NCBI GenBank assembly: GCA_965644265.1
Contig: OZ286459.1
Location: 59,644,001-59,708,000, forward strand
Direction: 5' to 3'
Origin: Glycera tridactyla
Lineage: Eukaryota
DNA length: 64,000 bases
The number at the start of each line of letters is the position of its first letter. The stretch's first letter is position 1. Made by a program: the position numbers and the translations under genes. The notes under the pieces are model-generated. The model had not been told where the DNA came from, made no database searches, and saw only the letters and a list, made by a program, of their open reading frames with translations. This document shows, piece by piece, positions 48,585 through 62,300 of the stretch.

Positions 48585-49799
48585 CTAACCAGTAGAACTG
48601 GTACTAGGAATCTGACTTAGGTATTTCTGTAGTTCAGCATCATTTCTGATGACGGTACCTTTAGCCTTCTTGGCAGCAGCAATGTATAGTTGGCCTCTAA
48701 AGGTCCATGCTCTGTCTAATTTTTTACCAATACCTCTGTGCTGTCTTGCTTTATAGAACAGATGTGACACAGATTTCGAAAGAAATTCACTTATGTAAAC
48801 ATGCCCTTTGCTCTCAGTCAACTGGAATCTAGATTGAAAAATTCTTTGGCTGACAGCATCAAATACAAATTCAACAAGAATTTGTCTGGGTTTACCAACA
48901 ATCCTAGCTGTAGACCCCAACCTTTTTGCAGACTCGATTTCTCCCAGTTTCAGGTCAGGGGTCAAGCAACCCTTCAAATAATTGACCAAGTGCTCCGGGG
49001 TGTTCTCATTGGGAATTTCTTCTATACCATCAAACAATAGCAGCCTTTGATTACTATTTGTTTCCAGCTGGGCAACTTTGTCCTGTAATTCAAGGAGAGT
49101 TTCATTACCTATAGGTGTTGCTGTTTGAGGTATATTAGTGATTCTCTCAAATTCAGACTGCATTTTCTGTTCCAAAGAGGCAAGGGATTTTTCAATGCTA
49201 CTGATTTGGGATTTCAAGGCAAGACCCTCTGCACTTTGCACTTCAGGGGGAATGTCTTTGGTCGATTGCTCAATGACATCTACCCTTTCACACAAACTTT
49301 GCACACACTTGTCATTCTTCAACACATTCAGTGATTGAGCAATTTTCACAACAGATTCATCAGTCGATTGAAGCTTTGCAGGGACAAATTTCAGGATTTC
49401 AACTTCACGTTGCATGGTTTGACTAGCAGCCTTGAGTGCAACAACCGATTTGGACAAATCAGATACATTGTTTGTCAGTACTCCAAGTTCATCTGCCACA
49501 GCAGCCCTAATCAAGTTCATGTTGCTTTTCTCAGCCATAGCAGCACCAAAAGCTTTCTTGAAAAGCACTTCAAACTGCCCAGGATCCAACTGTACAATGT
49601 TCACATTTGCACTAGATGATTGTCCCTCCATGTTTGGTAGATTAGTTTGGTTCTTAACTACAGTGTTATCAAGCAAATATGAACCACTACCGCTACCAGA
49701 ACTGACAATGGGAGTAGATTCAGTTATCAAACCTCCTTTGAATCCACACTTCCTGTCATAAAAGTGGGAATGAAGTTTACTCTCTATCTCATCCATCAA
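48585..49799 (-). CDS. LINE ORF1p (coiled coil plus L1-type RRM and CTD), 404 aa
   Basis: Heptad-rich middle followed by RRM-like LLLFDGIEE...E....L....L...I..AKRLG....KPRQILVEF and CTD-like VYISEFL...AWTFRGQLYI, as in L1-like ORF1 proteins of CR1-group LINEs. Confidence 0.85.
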   Translation of the reverse strand: MMDEIESKLHSHFYDRKCGFKGGLITESTPIVSSGSGSGSYLLDNTVVKNQTNLPNMEGQSSSANVNIVQLDPGQFEVLFKKAFGAAMAEKSNMNLIRAAVADELGVLTNNVSDLSKSVVALKAASQTMQREVEILKFVPAKLQSTDESVVKIAQSLNVLKNDKCVQSLCERVDVIEQSTKDIPPEVQSAEGLALKSQISSIEKSLASLEQKMQSEFERITNIPQTATPIGNETLLELQDKVAQLETNSNQRLLLFDGIEEIPNENTPEHLVNYLKGCLTPDLKLGEIESAKRLGSTARIVGKPRQILVEFVFDAVSQRIFQSRFQLTESKGHVYISEFLSKSVSHLFYKARQHRGIGKKLDRAWTFRGQLYIAAAKKAKGTVIRNDAELQKYLSQIPSTSSTG

Positions 49800-50108
49800 G
49801 TCTCTTGATCAAACCTAACATTTTGGCCAGGTCATTTGAAAAACAGAAACTCACTCATGTTTGAAAACCTGTGCATGAATTTAGTATTGATGTCAATTTC
49901 TCTTTAACACCATCTCAGATTTCCAAATATTGCATGGAGAATTTCCAAAAGATGATCCAATCAGGCAGGTAGCTCCCGAAAATTTAGCATATTTTGCAAA
50001 ATTTTGCCTCTTTGTATGTATGTGTCAATGTCTTGATCCATTCATCACTTATACCTTGATTAATCATTCCAGCAAGGCATTGAATCTGTTCTTTTGTTTT
50101 TATTTCAG

Positions 50109-50162
50109 GATGGTTTTGCACCACCAGAGGATGAAGTATATAATGACGAAGAAGAGTATTAG
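50109..50162 (+). CDS. MAPRE1: EB1/MAPRE terminal coding exon (DGFAPPEDEVYNDEEEY*)
   Basis: DGF..P plus acidic tail and C-terminal EEY motif typical of EB proteins; acceptor ttttgttttatttcag; TAG at 50160-50162. Joined CDS is 825 nt (274 aa) with either exon 3. Confidence 0.96.
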   Translation, partial: DGFAPPEDEVYNDEEEY

Positions 50163-50412
50163 TCGTATATAACTTGTACAGATTAGGACTTTATATTTGA
50201 GGAGCCAGTGTGTATCTGGCTCATGTCATTGCCATGGTGTGCTAATGTAGCAGGTGGCAGATCAACCTGAATCCATCTGTTTGCTTTAATCCTCAGTCTG
50301 AACTCAGTTTATTGGACCTTTTGGCTGCCTTTAATCTGAAAGTACACATAGTATCACCCAGTATGTCCTGGGAGTTCCATGGATTCACCCAGGACTAGAG
50401 AAAGGCTTGGAG

Positions 50413-50418
50413 AATAAA
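50413..50418 (+). terminator. Candidate MAPRE polyadenylation signal AATAAA
   Basis: First AATAAA about 250 nt after the stop codon; later ones exist (e.g. 51950), so the site used is unknown. Confidence 0.3.
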
Positions 50419-53400
50419 TTGAATTGGCTGACTGCCATCAGATAGAATTGAACATTTGGATGAATTTTAGCTGAATTTGTGATCAATCTGATGGTCTTTT
50501 GCCGTGATAGCATTTTGCTGAATTCCAAAAATGGGAATGAAATATAGTGGTATGTTTGAACCGACTGCAAAATTGAAATATTCTTTCACAGGAAATTTAG
50601 CCTTATTTCCAAAATGTATTGCCAATAATCTGACGTTATCACTTAACATTGAACAATTGTATTTCCGAGTGACATTACAAGATGTTTAATATGCGTGTAC
50701 TATGGATTTATTAAAGAGAGTGGATTCTTGTTCATCTCCATGCATTCAAAACATGGCACTATAACTCTTCACTTCATCTCAGTCTGTTCACGTCAGGGAG
50801 ATCACATTCTTTATTGAGTTTCGGTGCAGAATGAGGTCTTCCTAGATTCTGTGGGCGAAATATGCGAAGCATACACATTGCGTACATAACACACCACAGA
50901 CAACCATTCATTGCCTTGCTACCTGATATTGGAACCCAATCCCCTTCCTTCCAGATCTTACTGTGTGTACATACCTTAAGTTATTGATGCTACTCATCTG
51001 GCATTAATTCCCACCACCCACCTAACTGAATGTCATCATTTCAGCTTGATCAGCTTTCTTGCTTGACTGTCGTATTGCTATCATCATATGTACAGAGTAG
51101 ACAATGCTAGCTACTCCTCTGCCTGGGTCTACTTCCCCTTGTCGCTTTCGTTTATGCCACCAAATTAAGTGTAGATCATTGTTGCAGTGTCTGCCAATTT
51201 TGGTCAATATAAACCCATAGATTTCATATTCTCATGGTTTACTGTGGCTTATATAAGTAGGTTGAGATGGCTTCAGAAATGTAATCATTATCAATGGAAC
51301 CTGATACTGTGAAAATCGGTGATCAACCGTGAGTAGTAGTTTCTAGATGTATCCAGAAAGTTTGCGGTGCAGAGGCATTGAAGAGGTGGATGAGTTGACA
51401 AAGGGTGTGATAGTATGGGGAAATAGACTTAGGCCAAGTATTTCAATTCCAGTGATCAGTAGTTTTTAATATACTAAACAAAGCAACCTTGCACTATTCC
51501 TTTGCTTTCAATTACATGCATATCTTACCAAACTGCTGACAAGTTGACTCAGTCACTGTATGAGCGGAAAGCTGCAACTTGTCAATTCATCTGTATTCAA
51601 GTGTGTACACATTCAAGAGCCGCCATGTACCAATCAGATGGTATCACTCTCTTGCATATACCATCCAGTCAATATCTCATCTGACAGTGAAGTTAGCTAT
51701 TGAGCGGTACCACGTGGATCATATTTCAGACAGTATATGCTGGAGATGTCCACAGCCCCTTATCATTTTATTCATTCCTGTCAGTCTAGCAGAGTGATGT
51801 TGTTCAGAATTGATGCCTCATTTCATTTTGTGTGCTGTGATCAGTGTTGCCTATTTCTCAATCGATTCCTAATTTGGGGAAATTTGGTGGAGGAAGAGAA
51901 ATTTCCATTTTGTTCGAAGCTGACTGAGATCCCGTCAATTTCAGTTAAGAATAAATTCAGGTATTATCAGGAGAATAAATATGTCATGGAAAATTGAAGA
52001 AATATCGTCCCACCTCATGGGTAGCACTGTATAAATTTTCAGACTTGACTCGTGAATTTATCGTTTCTTTGTATTTCATACAGAGTGCAGTACATGAGTC
52101 ACATCATTTTCAATGAAGGTATCAAGTGTCCATTTTGATGGTAGTTGCGGCAGACCAGGATTTGGTTGTTATTCTTTGTTATGATTTATTCTTCGATAAA
52201 TACATCTTGCTGGCATGTCTGAATGGGTGAATGAGTTTGAAGCATATTATCAAAAATGCCAAATCAGCTTTTGTGGTGTTCTCACATTAGCTACACTAGA
52301 AGTGCTTGGTTTCATCATGTGTAAAATGTATTCCCAGGCTATCAGATCTGATTATTCATGCTTTTTGTATGCAATGTAAATTAGAATTGTATGTAAAATG
52401 TACCATACCCTGACTCTGAGATGACATTATATTTTTTTCTGATGAACCATATGTAGATGCTATTCAATGTTTAGTATAGTTTGAGGTATATACAATATGT
52501 GCGATCTCTTGCTAGCATCCAGATATTTCATTCACAAATCTTCATATGTGAAACCTGTGGAACCATCTTAATCACCAAAAACAGTCTCAAAACAGGTGGT
52601 CCTTATCAGATTTAATCATGTCATATTGAAAAGCTTCCCTGAGGAAGTAGTCCTGACAAGGGTGATCTTCCATGGAGTGGTTCCCATTGTAGGTTTAAAG
52701 ACACTGTGTAGCATGTCAATCTCAATCATTCCCATGGTTTGGGTCAGTCCATTATAGAGAATTCAAATACACATTTGGTAGAAAGTGCAGAAAAAGTGAT
52801 GCCATACACTAGCTACTGGCAACAGGATCAGAATTTTTGAGTACCTGCGAGTACCTGCAAGGCTTATCAGTCATTTGGCATGTACTATTGGAGTGTATGG
52901 TCGTACCTCAACATCGACTTGATCAATATTGAGACAGGTAGAAACCTCCTCTTGTTGACTTTGGGTCATCAGCTCTCCCTCAATCCAAGTGGAGTGACTG
53001 ATTGACCTCTTTAGCTTGCATATTGATGCATGCATGGGTAACATATTTAGGTTCCGTTCCATCTTTGTTTTTTCTTCAGGTCTATATGCTATCATCTGTT
53101 TATATTGTCATGTGTCTGAGAAAAGTCGTTCACAAGTTACACCACTGGTTAGTGCCACGCACTTATACATATATGTGATATAAGAAATGTTTGTTTTTTC
53201 GTTCTAGATACCATATACCTCAGACATCATTACTGATGCTGAGATTTCAGTTTGAAATTATTGCTTGATCAGATAATTCAATGTTCAGTGTTTACTACAT
53301 GGTGTGCCACATAAATTATCCTCATCATAGTTTGGTCTCTACTCAGTTGGATTGGTTGAAACTTTTCAAATCGGGCAAATATGGAACAACCATGTAAAAT

Positions 53401-56400
53401 AAATACTCCTTTTGTGTGTGTATTTGCATGATATGGTTCATTGAACCACTGACATGGTACCGCTTGATGGCCCAGGATATCCTCAGCCATACCACCACAT
53501 GTGTGACTTCATTGTTCTCTCCATGAAGAACATATTCTAATATGTTCAGCAGTTTCAAGTACTTCATAAGCCCCAGTTACGGATGTTTATGGTCAACCTC
53601 ACACTCAGTGCTTGCATCATGTGGTCACTGCTGAATCATGTCTCTGACATAATGGATTCCAAGTTTGAAACCTGATTTCTGTAATATCACAATACCATGG
53701 CTCTTGCACCCAGAACATTGTCTTTTGAGCAGTGTGACAGGATGCACCCTGTGGATAAATATGGTACTTGAAAAAAGCAGCTGTTGGACTATTGGTCCAT
53801 TTGAAAAATCTTGGTGAGATCTATCTGCTGAATGAAAATGCCTCTCAAGCCACAAATTGGTTGCTTGTAGAAAGAATAATTTTTCCCAGCAAGCTTTCTA
53901 TCAGGCAGACGTGTGGCCTAGATATAAGTATGTTTATCACAGCCAAGCTTGTTGAGACCTGTTCAACCCTTTACCTATGCTAGTTGAGGAGACATTTTGT
54001 AACATGATTATGGAACAGTATTCTTATAATTGTATTTCAAGAAGCCAAATATCTATCCTTTTCTTCTTGGTATAGAAACTTTTAATAAAATGGCAACTGA
54101 CTTTGTATTGCACCTTGAGCATATGCACAACTGGGAGAACCTTCCAATGTGTTAATATTTCTGCATCATAGACATGTGTGGAGTCACTCATTTCATATTT
54201 TTCTACATATATTCAATGATGTCTGAAGTTCATGGTGTGCCAAAATGTCACAGCACTGCAATATTCGAAAATTAGTTGATATTTTTTCCTGCCATGATCT
54301 TTTGGCAGTTCATATTGTCAAGCATACTTTATGCAAAATGAGTTCACATTATTTGGAATTCATACATCAAGGTTCCCACTTGATGTCTGGAGAAAGATCT
54401 AGTGTGTCACCTAAAAATATTTGGAAGCACGCTGGAACAGATCAGGTGGTCTCATACAGACATGAGGCAAATTTCCATCATCTGACAATCAGTTGATATT
54501 GTTAAGATTTACACATATTTAAACCGCCACTAGGCCTGTTGCTGGATGTGCTGCTGTCATCTGGAGTTAGGAGTGGCTCTTGTGCTTCAAACATGGCTTC
54601 AGTTTGAATAGCTCCGCAGACCATCCTCTCTTCTCTTCTAGTGATTTGATCTATTATTCTGTGATAAACCTTCATCCATTCTACGATGTTGCATCTGCAT
54701 CACATAATGCTTCTGGAATTGTCCTCAATATTATTACATTGGTATGTTACCATGTATAGCAATACATTATCTTTCTAATTGTCAAAAATGATTGCCTGCC
54801 AATAATGGAATATCGCTTTCAAGTAGCAAGCTTCTACAATGCGCCCCATCAATGCTTTTCATATTGTTGCTCAAGGGACATAGCATTGTCACCATGAATC
54901 AATAGCTATATTATCAAATTGGAGTGACATTATATCACTGACTAGCCATGACATTTAGTATCACATTATCTGCTACAATCTGACCACCTTAATTCATGCC
55001 ATATGACAACTGTAGTGTGTGTATAAGAAGCAACCTGCAATTAGAACCTGTCATCAGATTCTTCATGTGCTTGGATTGCAATGAACCAATCCGCAGCTTG
55101 GTGCTTAATGAACATGAAGAATTCAGAATTTTAGTTAATGTGAGCTTTTGTTGATTATTTTGTCCCATGATCGTGGGATTCTGATCTGACTGTGTTTTTT
55201 TCTGTGCGTGTGGCGCTGTCCCGTCATTATACAATGGTACCATCATTACATTGGATTCCCAGGGTAAATGAGGGGCACTTTGATATCGTGGGAACCAAAT
55301 ATTTGAACACCTTCAGTTGATCATATGAGAAGGCATGAAGCACCCACATTTTGTATATTTATCACTCAATTTCTCAATGTACATTCACCAGTTCCAGATG
55401 TTATGTGAAATGGGGATTGTCCAGTTTGATAAGATTCATTAAAATAATGTTTATTCCTACATCGAATTATGTTTGTCTTTTCACACATTGTATGTCGACT
55501 CCTCTCATCGTTGTACTGAGGAAAATGAGTGAACAGCAGCATTCTGCTACCATGTACATTTTCATTACATGATGGATTCTTACAAAATATGAACACAGAA
55601 GTGCTGACCATCGAGCAAAAAGAATTATCTTTGATGAATGACCTCTGTTCATGTAACCCTAGATATCACAGCAGATTCCAAAGCATATAGGAATAGACTG
55701 AAAGTTGGTCATTTATGGAAGTACACAGATAGTTCTTGTAGTGCTTTGGGAGCATATGTGGAAGTATATCCTTTAAAAAAAATCATCACTAATGATGTGG
55801 GCTGAATTCAATGCCATGTGTGTTTTCAGGGAATTTGGTCAGACCAGGTTGGCAACAATGTATAAAGACCAATTTAGATGCGGCTGGAGGTGGCCTTCAA
55901 AGACGGGTTCAACTGAAAGGAAACAATCTGATGAGAGATATTGGCCACCCTACTGCATTGGATCCAGCAAAAATGAGAACCCCTAATCGCTTGCCTGAAA
56001 TAAGAGACAAACTTATATTCATTGCACCAGAAACTTTTAATTGGTTCTGTTTTTGTAACATACACAATCACCGTATCTCAAGTATTTCTGTGTGCATTCA
56101 TCATTGTCAACACAAACTGGACCAGCTAAGACAAACAATAATACCGCCTGGGTGGCGCTGACAGGCATTGACAACAAATGAATGAACAAATAGAAACCGA
56201 GGCAAGTGAATCAGAGAAAATAAAAGGTGAGGGGATAATGAAGGGAAGTTCATGTAATTTCTCACTATCAAAAAGATGGAACTTCTACCATCCAGCAGTC
56301 TTGCTACAGTGATAGCCCGTTTATAGCACATCCAAATCAAAGAATTAGACATAGTACTGTCACGCGTCAGTCCATTCACTGCTGATGCTATAGCTAATTC

Positions 56401-56778
56401 ATGTAGTATTCAAAGCAAATTTGAAAATGAGGTGTTCTAGATGAACTTTTCAGACACCAGCAATCTGAAGCAATTCATTGTTTTCCACACAGATTTACCT
56501 GACAGCTATTCTTGTATCAACATTGAAGGTAAAATTGATGAATTCAGAATGCTACAGAATTCTTGCATTTTATGGTTGATTCTACTCTGCAATATCAGGA
56601 TTTATTATATTCAATTGCAAAAAGTGGCATTGCTTCTCTGAAATTTAATTTTTTTCCTATCAAAGTTCATCAAAGTGGCATTGCTAATCTTTGAAATTTA
56701 ATTTTTTTCCTATCAAAGTTCATCAAAGTGGCATCTTTGCAAATTATTGGAATGTCAACCATGGTAATGTTGTGAATA

Positions 56779-56874
56779 CAGTTGAACCTGCTATAAAGGG
56801 CACCTGTATTAAGCAACCACCTGCCTTAAGCAACCACTTTTCCCAAGAGTGGTTGCTGAAATCAGGGTTGACTG
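56779..56874. mobile_element. Short CAGT MITE, TA TSD
   Basis: TA-CAGTTGAACCTG...CAGGGTTGACTG-TA. Confidence 0.75.
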
Positions 56875-59800
56875 TATCTGGAAATATTATTGCATAACAC
56901 TCGGCATTCAAACTTGTTCTTCGGTACTCAGTGAAGTTTGCTTGTAGGTCAAGTGAACCGGAAGTTGACATCATGTGATCCAATGATCTCCTAATATATA
57001 CTCAGGAGGTTGCAACGCCCTCAGTTTCAATTCAGAGTATTTTGCATTATGCTGTAAGAGGATCCCTTTCAAATACTGTACATACAAGATCAAGTATTCC
57101 CATTGAATCGGCAAGAGGGTCACATTCAATCCCTATAGAGTGACCCCATTTGGTGGACTCCGAAAGAATGTCCCCTTCTCTCAGATATTGGGGGCAAATA
57201 ACCCCAGCTGTGGAAATCACTGAAATAAGAGGTTACATCAGAGTCTCACTGAGCAGATGTAAGACACTTGAGTATGGTACAAATGTTAAATAAAATGCAA
57301 TAATTCTTCAATATGCATGATATAAAAAGCGAAGATGAAGCATATTATTCTTATGAAGTTATTTGTACTTGTGAAGCGTATACACAGACTTGCATCTGAT
57401 GAAGAATGAGCACCTGGATAAACCGTCAATGAACATTGCTTTGATGCATTCATATCATTGTCTCTACGAAAAAATTGCTTCAAAATCGAAATTTGAATGG
57501 AATGAATAATTTTTCTTTTTATTAACTTGATGGAGGACAGTGTTGATTTGTTTACATGTAATATCTGAAATAAGATGGTTGTCCTATTTTCTGCTGAGAA
57601 GCATGAAATGTGGTGTACACAAGCAAATATCTGCTAATTCTTGTCATCTGTAATTCATGTCATATATCGCTGCAATCATTTCGTAAAGATTGTAGGATGA
57701 GAAAATATTCATTCTATATTCATTATATCAGGGTTCATACGCGTGCTGGAATCCTGGAAAAGTTATGAAAATTGCCAAATCAAATTCCAAGCCTGGAATA
57801 GTTATGGAAAAATGATTTTTTTTCCAGGAATGTACAGGAAACGTCATGGAAATTTGAGAAATACTGTAACTGAAAAGATTGACAAAAATATGGCTTCCCC
57901 ATAAGCAGCAATCATAAATTTGAAATTCATTGTCTGACAAAAACAGATCAGACCATCTGAAAGATCTCACTCTGCTATTCATTTTTGTGTGTAGGTTGTG
58001 AAACTTGGACCCATATCAGCTATGACAAAAATGATTCAATAGCTCATATATTTTCAGACTCATTTGCATGTCCTGGGATAATTGCTTGGTACGTCTTGAC
58101 TTCAGAGTCTGAAGAGTTCTAGAATTTTGATGGAAAGTCATTGATGGAATGTATCATGTCATGAAAGTATGGGTTCCACCAAAGAGGAATGGATTGGAAG
58201 ACACTGACAGTCGACCTGCAGAATACTACTGGTCAGCCTTTCATAAGCGTATACCTAACCTCAGGCTGTGACAGAACCTCCAGAATGGTACACTCATAGA
58301 TTTTCAAGTTTCCTCTCTGAGTAATGCACTCCCACTGATCTTTTTCAAGTAACGGTCAATAAGCTAAACATATCACACAACCCTTGTCTTCTATAGCTCA
58401 CGTCCCTTGTCTATTAATAACAGAAATGACACCTTGAGTGTCTGTGAATTTCATAGATTTTCACCTTTTGTTGGGAACCCAGGAGGAGCAGTCTTGTATG
58501 ATCCCGGTAATGCCCATTGTATGGGCGTCACAATACAGCACAAATGGAGCTGATGAGATGTTAAAACTATAACCAACCAATCTATAATACATTGGTACTA
58601 ATGGTGGTGTGCTTTGCCTGCACCAATGCAAACATTCACACATTCAGCTAAATAAAAGCTTCAAAATCCAGCTCCAAAGACAACATGGATGGCCATGTAA
58701 ATGGCATATATGTGAAATCCATCAATTCAGATACACTGGTTCCTACCAATCTGATGAAAGTTGGTTGCATCACTTTAGCCGAATTATAAAATCCCAACTC
58801 TATGGTAACAGCTGATGGCAGTCTATGACAGAGGGTTTGTTGGTTGGCTGGTGAGTTGGTTCGTTGAAATTCAACAGCATGAACCAAACCAGAATATTAT
58901 GTATGTTGTGTAATCCAAATTTATGAAAGCTGGAAGATTTGTCCCCTGCTGACATCACTCACACAAACCCTGAACACAAAATGACACAGGACCAGAAATG
59001 TTTGTCAAGGGGAGGTAGCTGACAGTTTGGACATACCTCTACAAACCCATTGTAGACCCGATAAATGTATCAATAGTCTCTTTAGCCCAACCAGCAGGGT
59101 CTAAATAATGAGATTAAAAAAAATCTACATTTGAGTATGCCTTGTTTATGTTCATCTCTCACAGGTATGAGAATAACTGTCAGGACTTTCAAGAGTATTC
59201 AGTGCTATATACAGGCAATACAATAATTTAATACAAATCAAGGCATATATATACATGTACAAAATTTACATCGATATAATTCTCATACATGTTGACACAG
59301 GAATACAATGTTTACATAGACATTGCAACAGGTTTATAATTTATTCAAGGAGGGGAAACAAATAAATCTACATTTTAAACATTGATACCACACAAATATC
59401 TCTGAATCCAACACTAAGTAACTTTTAACAGGCACCATGAGTCAGTGGCTCCAGTATTCTACAAGCTGGGACTCGAATAAAGATAATTGGGAACGATAAT
59501 CATCAATACACATATGGCTTGTATCATGCTGGCCTCTGTCACTTTATTGCCTATAAACATTCCAATGAGCCAAATATCAGAAACAAAATCATTATATCTG
59601 AGTGACTTGGCCCCATATGGGATATAGTGATTCCTTTCAAATAACAGGTGTGTTAAATGCCTCCCAAAGTCACTCAGATGAGATTATTGCTAAATAGACT
59701 CCAAGGGGAATATATCTGGTACCAAATGATTTTCTCAGCACAATATCTACCATGTATAATGATGCCACTTTCAAGAAATTGCAAGAGCCCTTGGAATGTA

Positions 59801-60150
59801 TTTTGTTATTACACCATATGTCATTTTCTCCCTGCAAAAAGTAGACCTACAGTTGAACGAGAGACCACCTCAATACAAAGGCCACATGCCTACAAACCAT
59901 AGAAAACAAACTCTTTACACAGGAAACTCTTTAGTGCAATCAAGAGTGGTCCTTGTAAATAGGTTCTACTGTGCTCCAGGTGTTGTTCTGAGATGCTTCA
60001 CAAAAATTCGAGCATTGATAATGTTATGAGTGGGACCGACATAATCTTCCATCTAAAATAAACATACACATATACAATTATTCCTGCATGGTAATGAAGA
60101 CAACAGGTATAAAAACTCTATATACATGTTTCCACCTCCTCAAATGGATG

Positions 60151-60543
60151 TCACATATGTCCGGGTCCAAATTCATCAGATTCACGACGAAACTGGTTTA
60201 AAGTGTGCTTCAAGTCTCGTTGAAATGTATCTTGTGGTCTCAACAGCTTACGCTGTCGGTCAAGTTCTCGTTCCCGAGCGAGAAATTCCCGTTCTCTCTG
60301 ACGATATTCTCGTTGATGATACTCCACAGGGAATGTAACAGGTGGGTCTGTAGAACTCTCATTGAGAACATGAGTGACGCCACCATTCGGCTGCGGATGC
60401 TGGCTGTGGGTGACCTGCTGACGGGCTGGATTGGGTAGAGTACTAGGGCGAGGTATTGTTACTCCACCCTGGTAAATCTGATTGTCAATGGCAGTGTTCT
60501 GATAGGCTGGAATTCCAAAGTAGCTGTACCGCTCTAATCGATC
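60151..60543 (-). CDS. Terminal coding exon of an unidentified convergent gene (DRLERYSYFGIPAYQNTAIDNQIYQGG...REYRQREREFLARERELDRQRKLLRP...RRESDEFGPGHM*), 130 aa
   Basis: Strong acceptor tttttctgttttttttcatttgtgcttag, 393-nt stop-free frame ending TGA, protein-like composition, AT-rich 3'UTR-like sequence downstream with AATAAA on the - strand at 59340-59345. Missed by the ORF track (no early Met). Upstream exons not found. Confidence 0.75.
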   Translation of the reverse strand, partial: DRLERYSYFGIPAYQNTAIDNQIYQGGVTIPRPSTLPNPARQQVTHSQHPQPNGGVTHVLNESSTDPPVTFPVEYHQREYRQREREFLARERELDRQRKLLRPQDTFQRDLKHTLNQFRRESDEFGPGHM

Positions 60544-60936
60544 CTAAGCACAAATGAAAAAAAACAGAAAAAATATCAGTGTAACATGCTGATGTGGAAC
60601 TCTGGGTTACATCTACCATAGGATGCAGAGTCTTTCAACTCATTGAATGAAGGTGAAGACAGGGAATTATGTCCTCTAATCCAGCATGATTCATGAATCA
60701 AGTCGATCATCTTCAAAGTCTGCAGTCATATTGGATGATATGTTGATTGATCCAGTCAATTTTCTCCAAATCAGGTAGCATATATCATTATTGCACCCAA
60801 ATCATAATGGACTCTAGGACAAAGTTTCTCTATGAGTGGAAATACTAGCGATAATGGTGGATTGTGAAGTGTGTTGCACCATTGCTGTTGGGGAGAATTT
60901 TACTGAATGATGATGTAGAGCATTATTGGACTCATG

Positions 60937-61090
60937 NNNNNNNNNNNNNNNNNNNNNNNNNNNNNNNNNNNNNNNNNNNNNNNNNNNNNNNNNNNNNNNN
61001 NNNNNNNNNNNNNNNNNNNNNNNNNNNNNNNNNNNNNNNNNNNNNNNNNNNNNNNNNNNNNNNNNNNNNNNNNNNNNNNNNNNNNNNNNN
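60937..61090. other. Assembly gap (N run)
   Basis: 154 N. Confidence 1.
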
Positions 61091-62182
61091 TTACAACCTT
61101 CCCTTATCCATACATTCCACTCTCTAACAATCATATCTTTGATTGCTGTGAATTGCATTTGAATAAGTTTATACTGTCATGGAATCTGTTCTATATGCTA
61201 CACAATGAAATGCTAAGGCACATGAGTTTTTTTGTGTGGAAATCGATGAATAACAGAAGTAATGATACCTGGCTGTCCAGTTGTCAGTTTCAGGCCAAAG
61301 ATTCTTGGTGTCTAGCCACTCCTAAACCACAAAAATGTTTAAGATAAACTGTTATCATTTAAATGGGTGGTGATTTTCTAACTACACTAATGATTAATAA
61401 TTTCAGGCAGGAGGTGAAACAAACATTCTCAGCATGCTTTTCTCTGGCAACAATGTTTCAAGATAAACCATGATCATGTGGTTTAGAAATTAAGTGGGAA
61501 AAATCCATTGCATTCAGGTGAATGCTATTCATATGCAAACTCCAAATATTTCTTTTGGCAGAACTTTTGATGTATAAATCAGCAGATGGGTAAAAAACAA
61601 AATCTGAAAGACTAAAGAATAGGGAAAGGGTAACATATTGGAAGCAGCCAGATATCACTACATGGATTGAAGTGAGAAACACTATGGGCATCAATAAAAA
61701 CTGATTATTCAAGCATGTTATTCGTCTATGGATGGATGCCTACCCAGTTCTGTTGGCATGAAGTGATGTGATTAATCCATTGTGTTAGGCATGCAGTAAA
61801 AAAGAGTGAAAGAACAGATGTACATTAGCAAGGTACTGGTGATATTGTGAGAAAATATGTCATAGGCACGGAGCTGTATTACCATCTCAAACATATCACT
61901 GTATTGCACCACTTCCAGTCTTGAAAATAGGACTGTGATTCAACTGTGCACCAAAGGAATGACTATTGCGCCCACCTCACAGATGCCCTGAGCCAGTTTG
62001 AACTGAAATACACTGTAGGTCATGAGAACACTAGTAATATTACTTGTGTTCTCTGGAAAAGTAGTTTGATATGTTTGGGATGTAATTCAGCACTTTGACT
62101 CATGGTAGGATTGCAAACCCCATCATCACATGGGATCTCATCATCATTTAGATTAGAATTGTCACAAGAATCTCACCCATTT

Positions 62183-62300
62183 TCAGTATTCATACTTGGT
62201 ATGTCTAGCAATTAAATTGGCCTGGTTTGTTGCTTGCTTGACAATCTCGATGAGATGTGAGCTCAGAAGAAATTTATCTTCAAAACAAACGGTGTGAATA
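62183..62300 (-). pseudogene. Probable degenerate CR1-type RT C-terminal fragment
   Basis: FEDKFLLSSHLIEIVKQATNQANLIARH resembles the LINE motif D..L.F..HI..IV.KA....NLI.R; the surrounding frames are broken. Confidence 0.4.

Larger units (their letters stand above)
39226..49870 (-). mobile_element. CR1-group non-LTR retrotransposon (Crack/Daphne/Kiri/L2-like), near full length, antisense in MAPRE intron 6, carrying two nested DNA elements
   Basis: ORF1 and EN-RT ORF2 on the - strand; 3' end AATAAA followed by short GTCATT repeats (about 39226-39253); possible TSD GTGCATG at 39219-39225 and 49871-49877 (weak). About 6 kb after removing the insertions. Confidence 0.88.

Noticed and set aside
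56620-56735. Roughly 54-bp tandem duplication
   Set aside because: Simple two-copy local duplication in AT-rich DNA with no associated feature.
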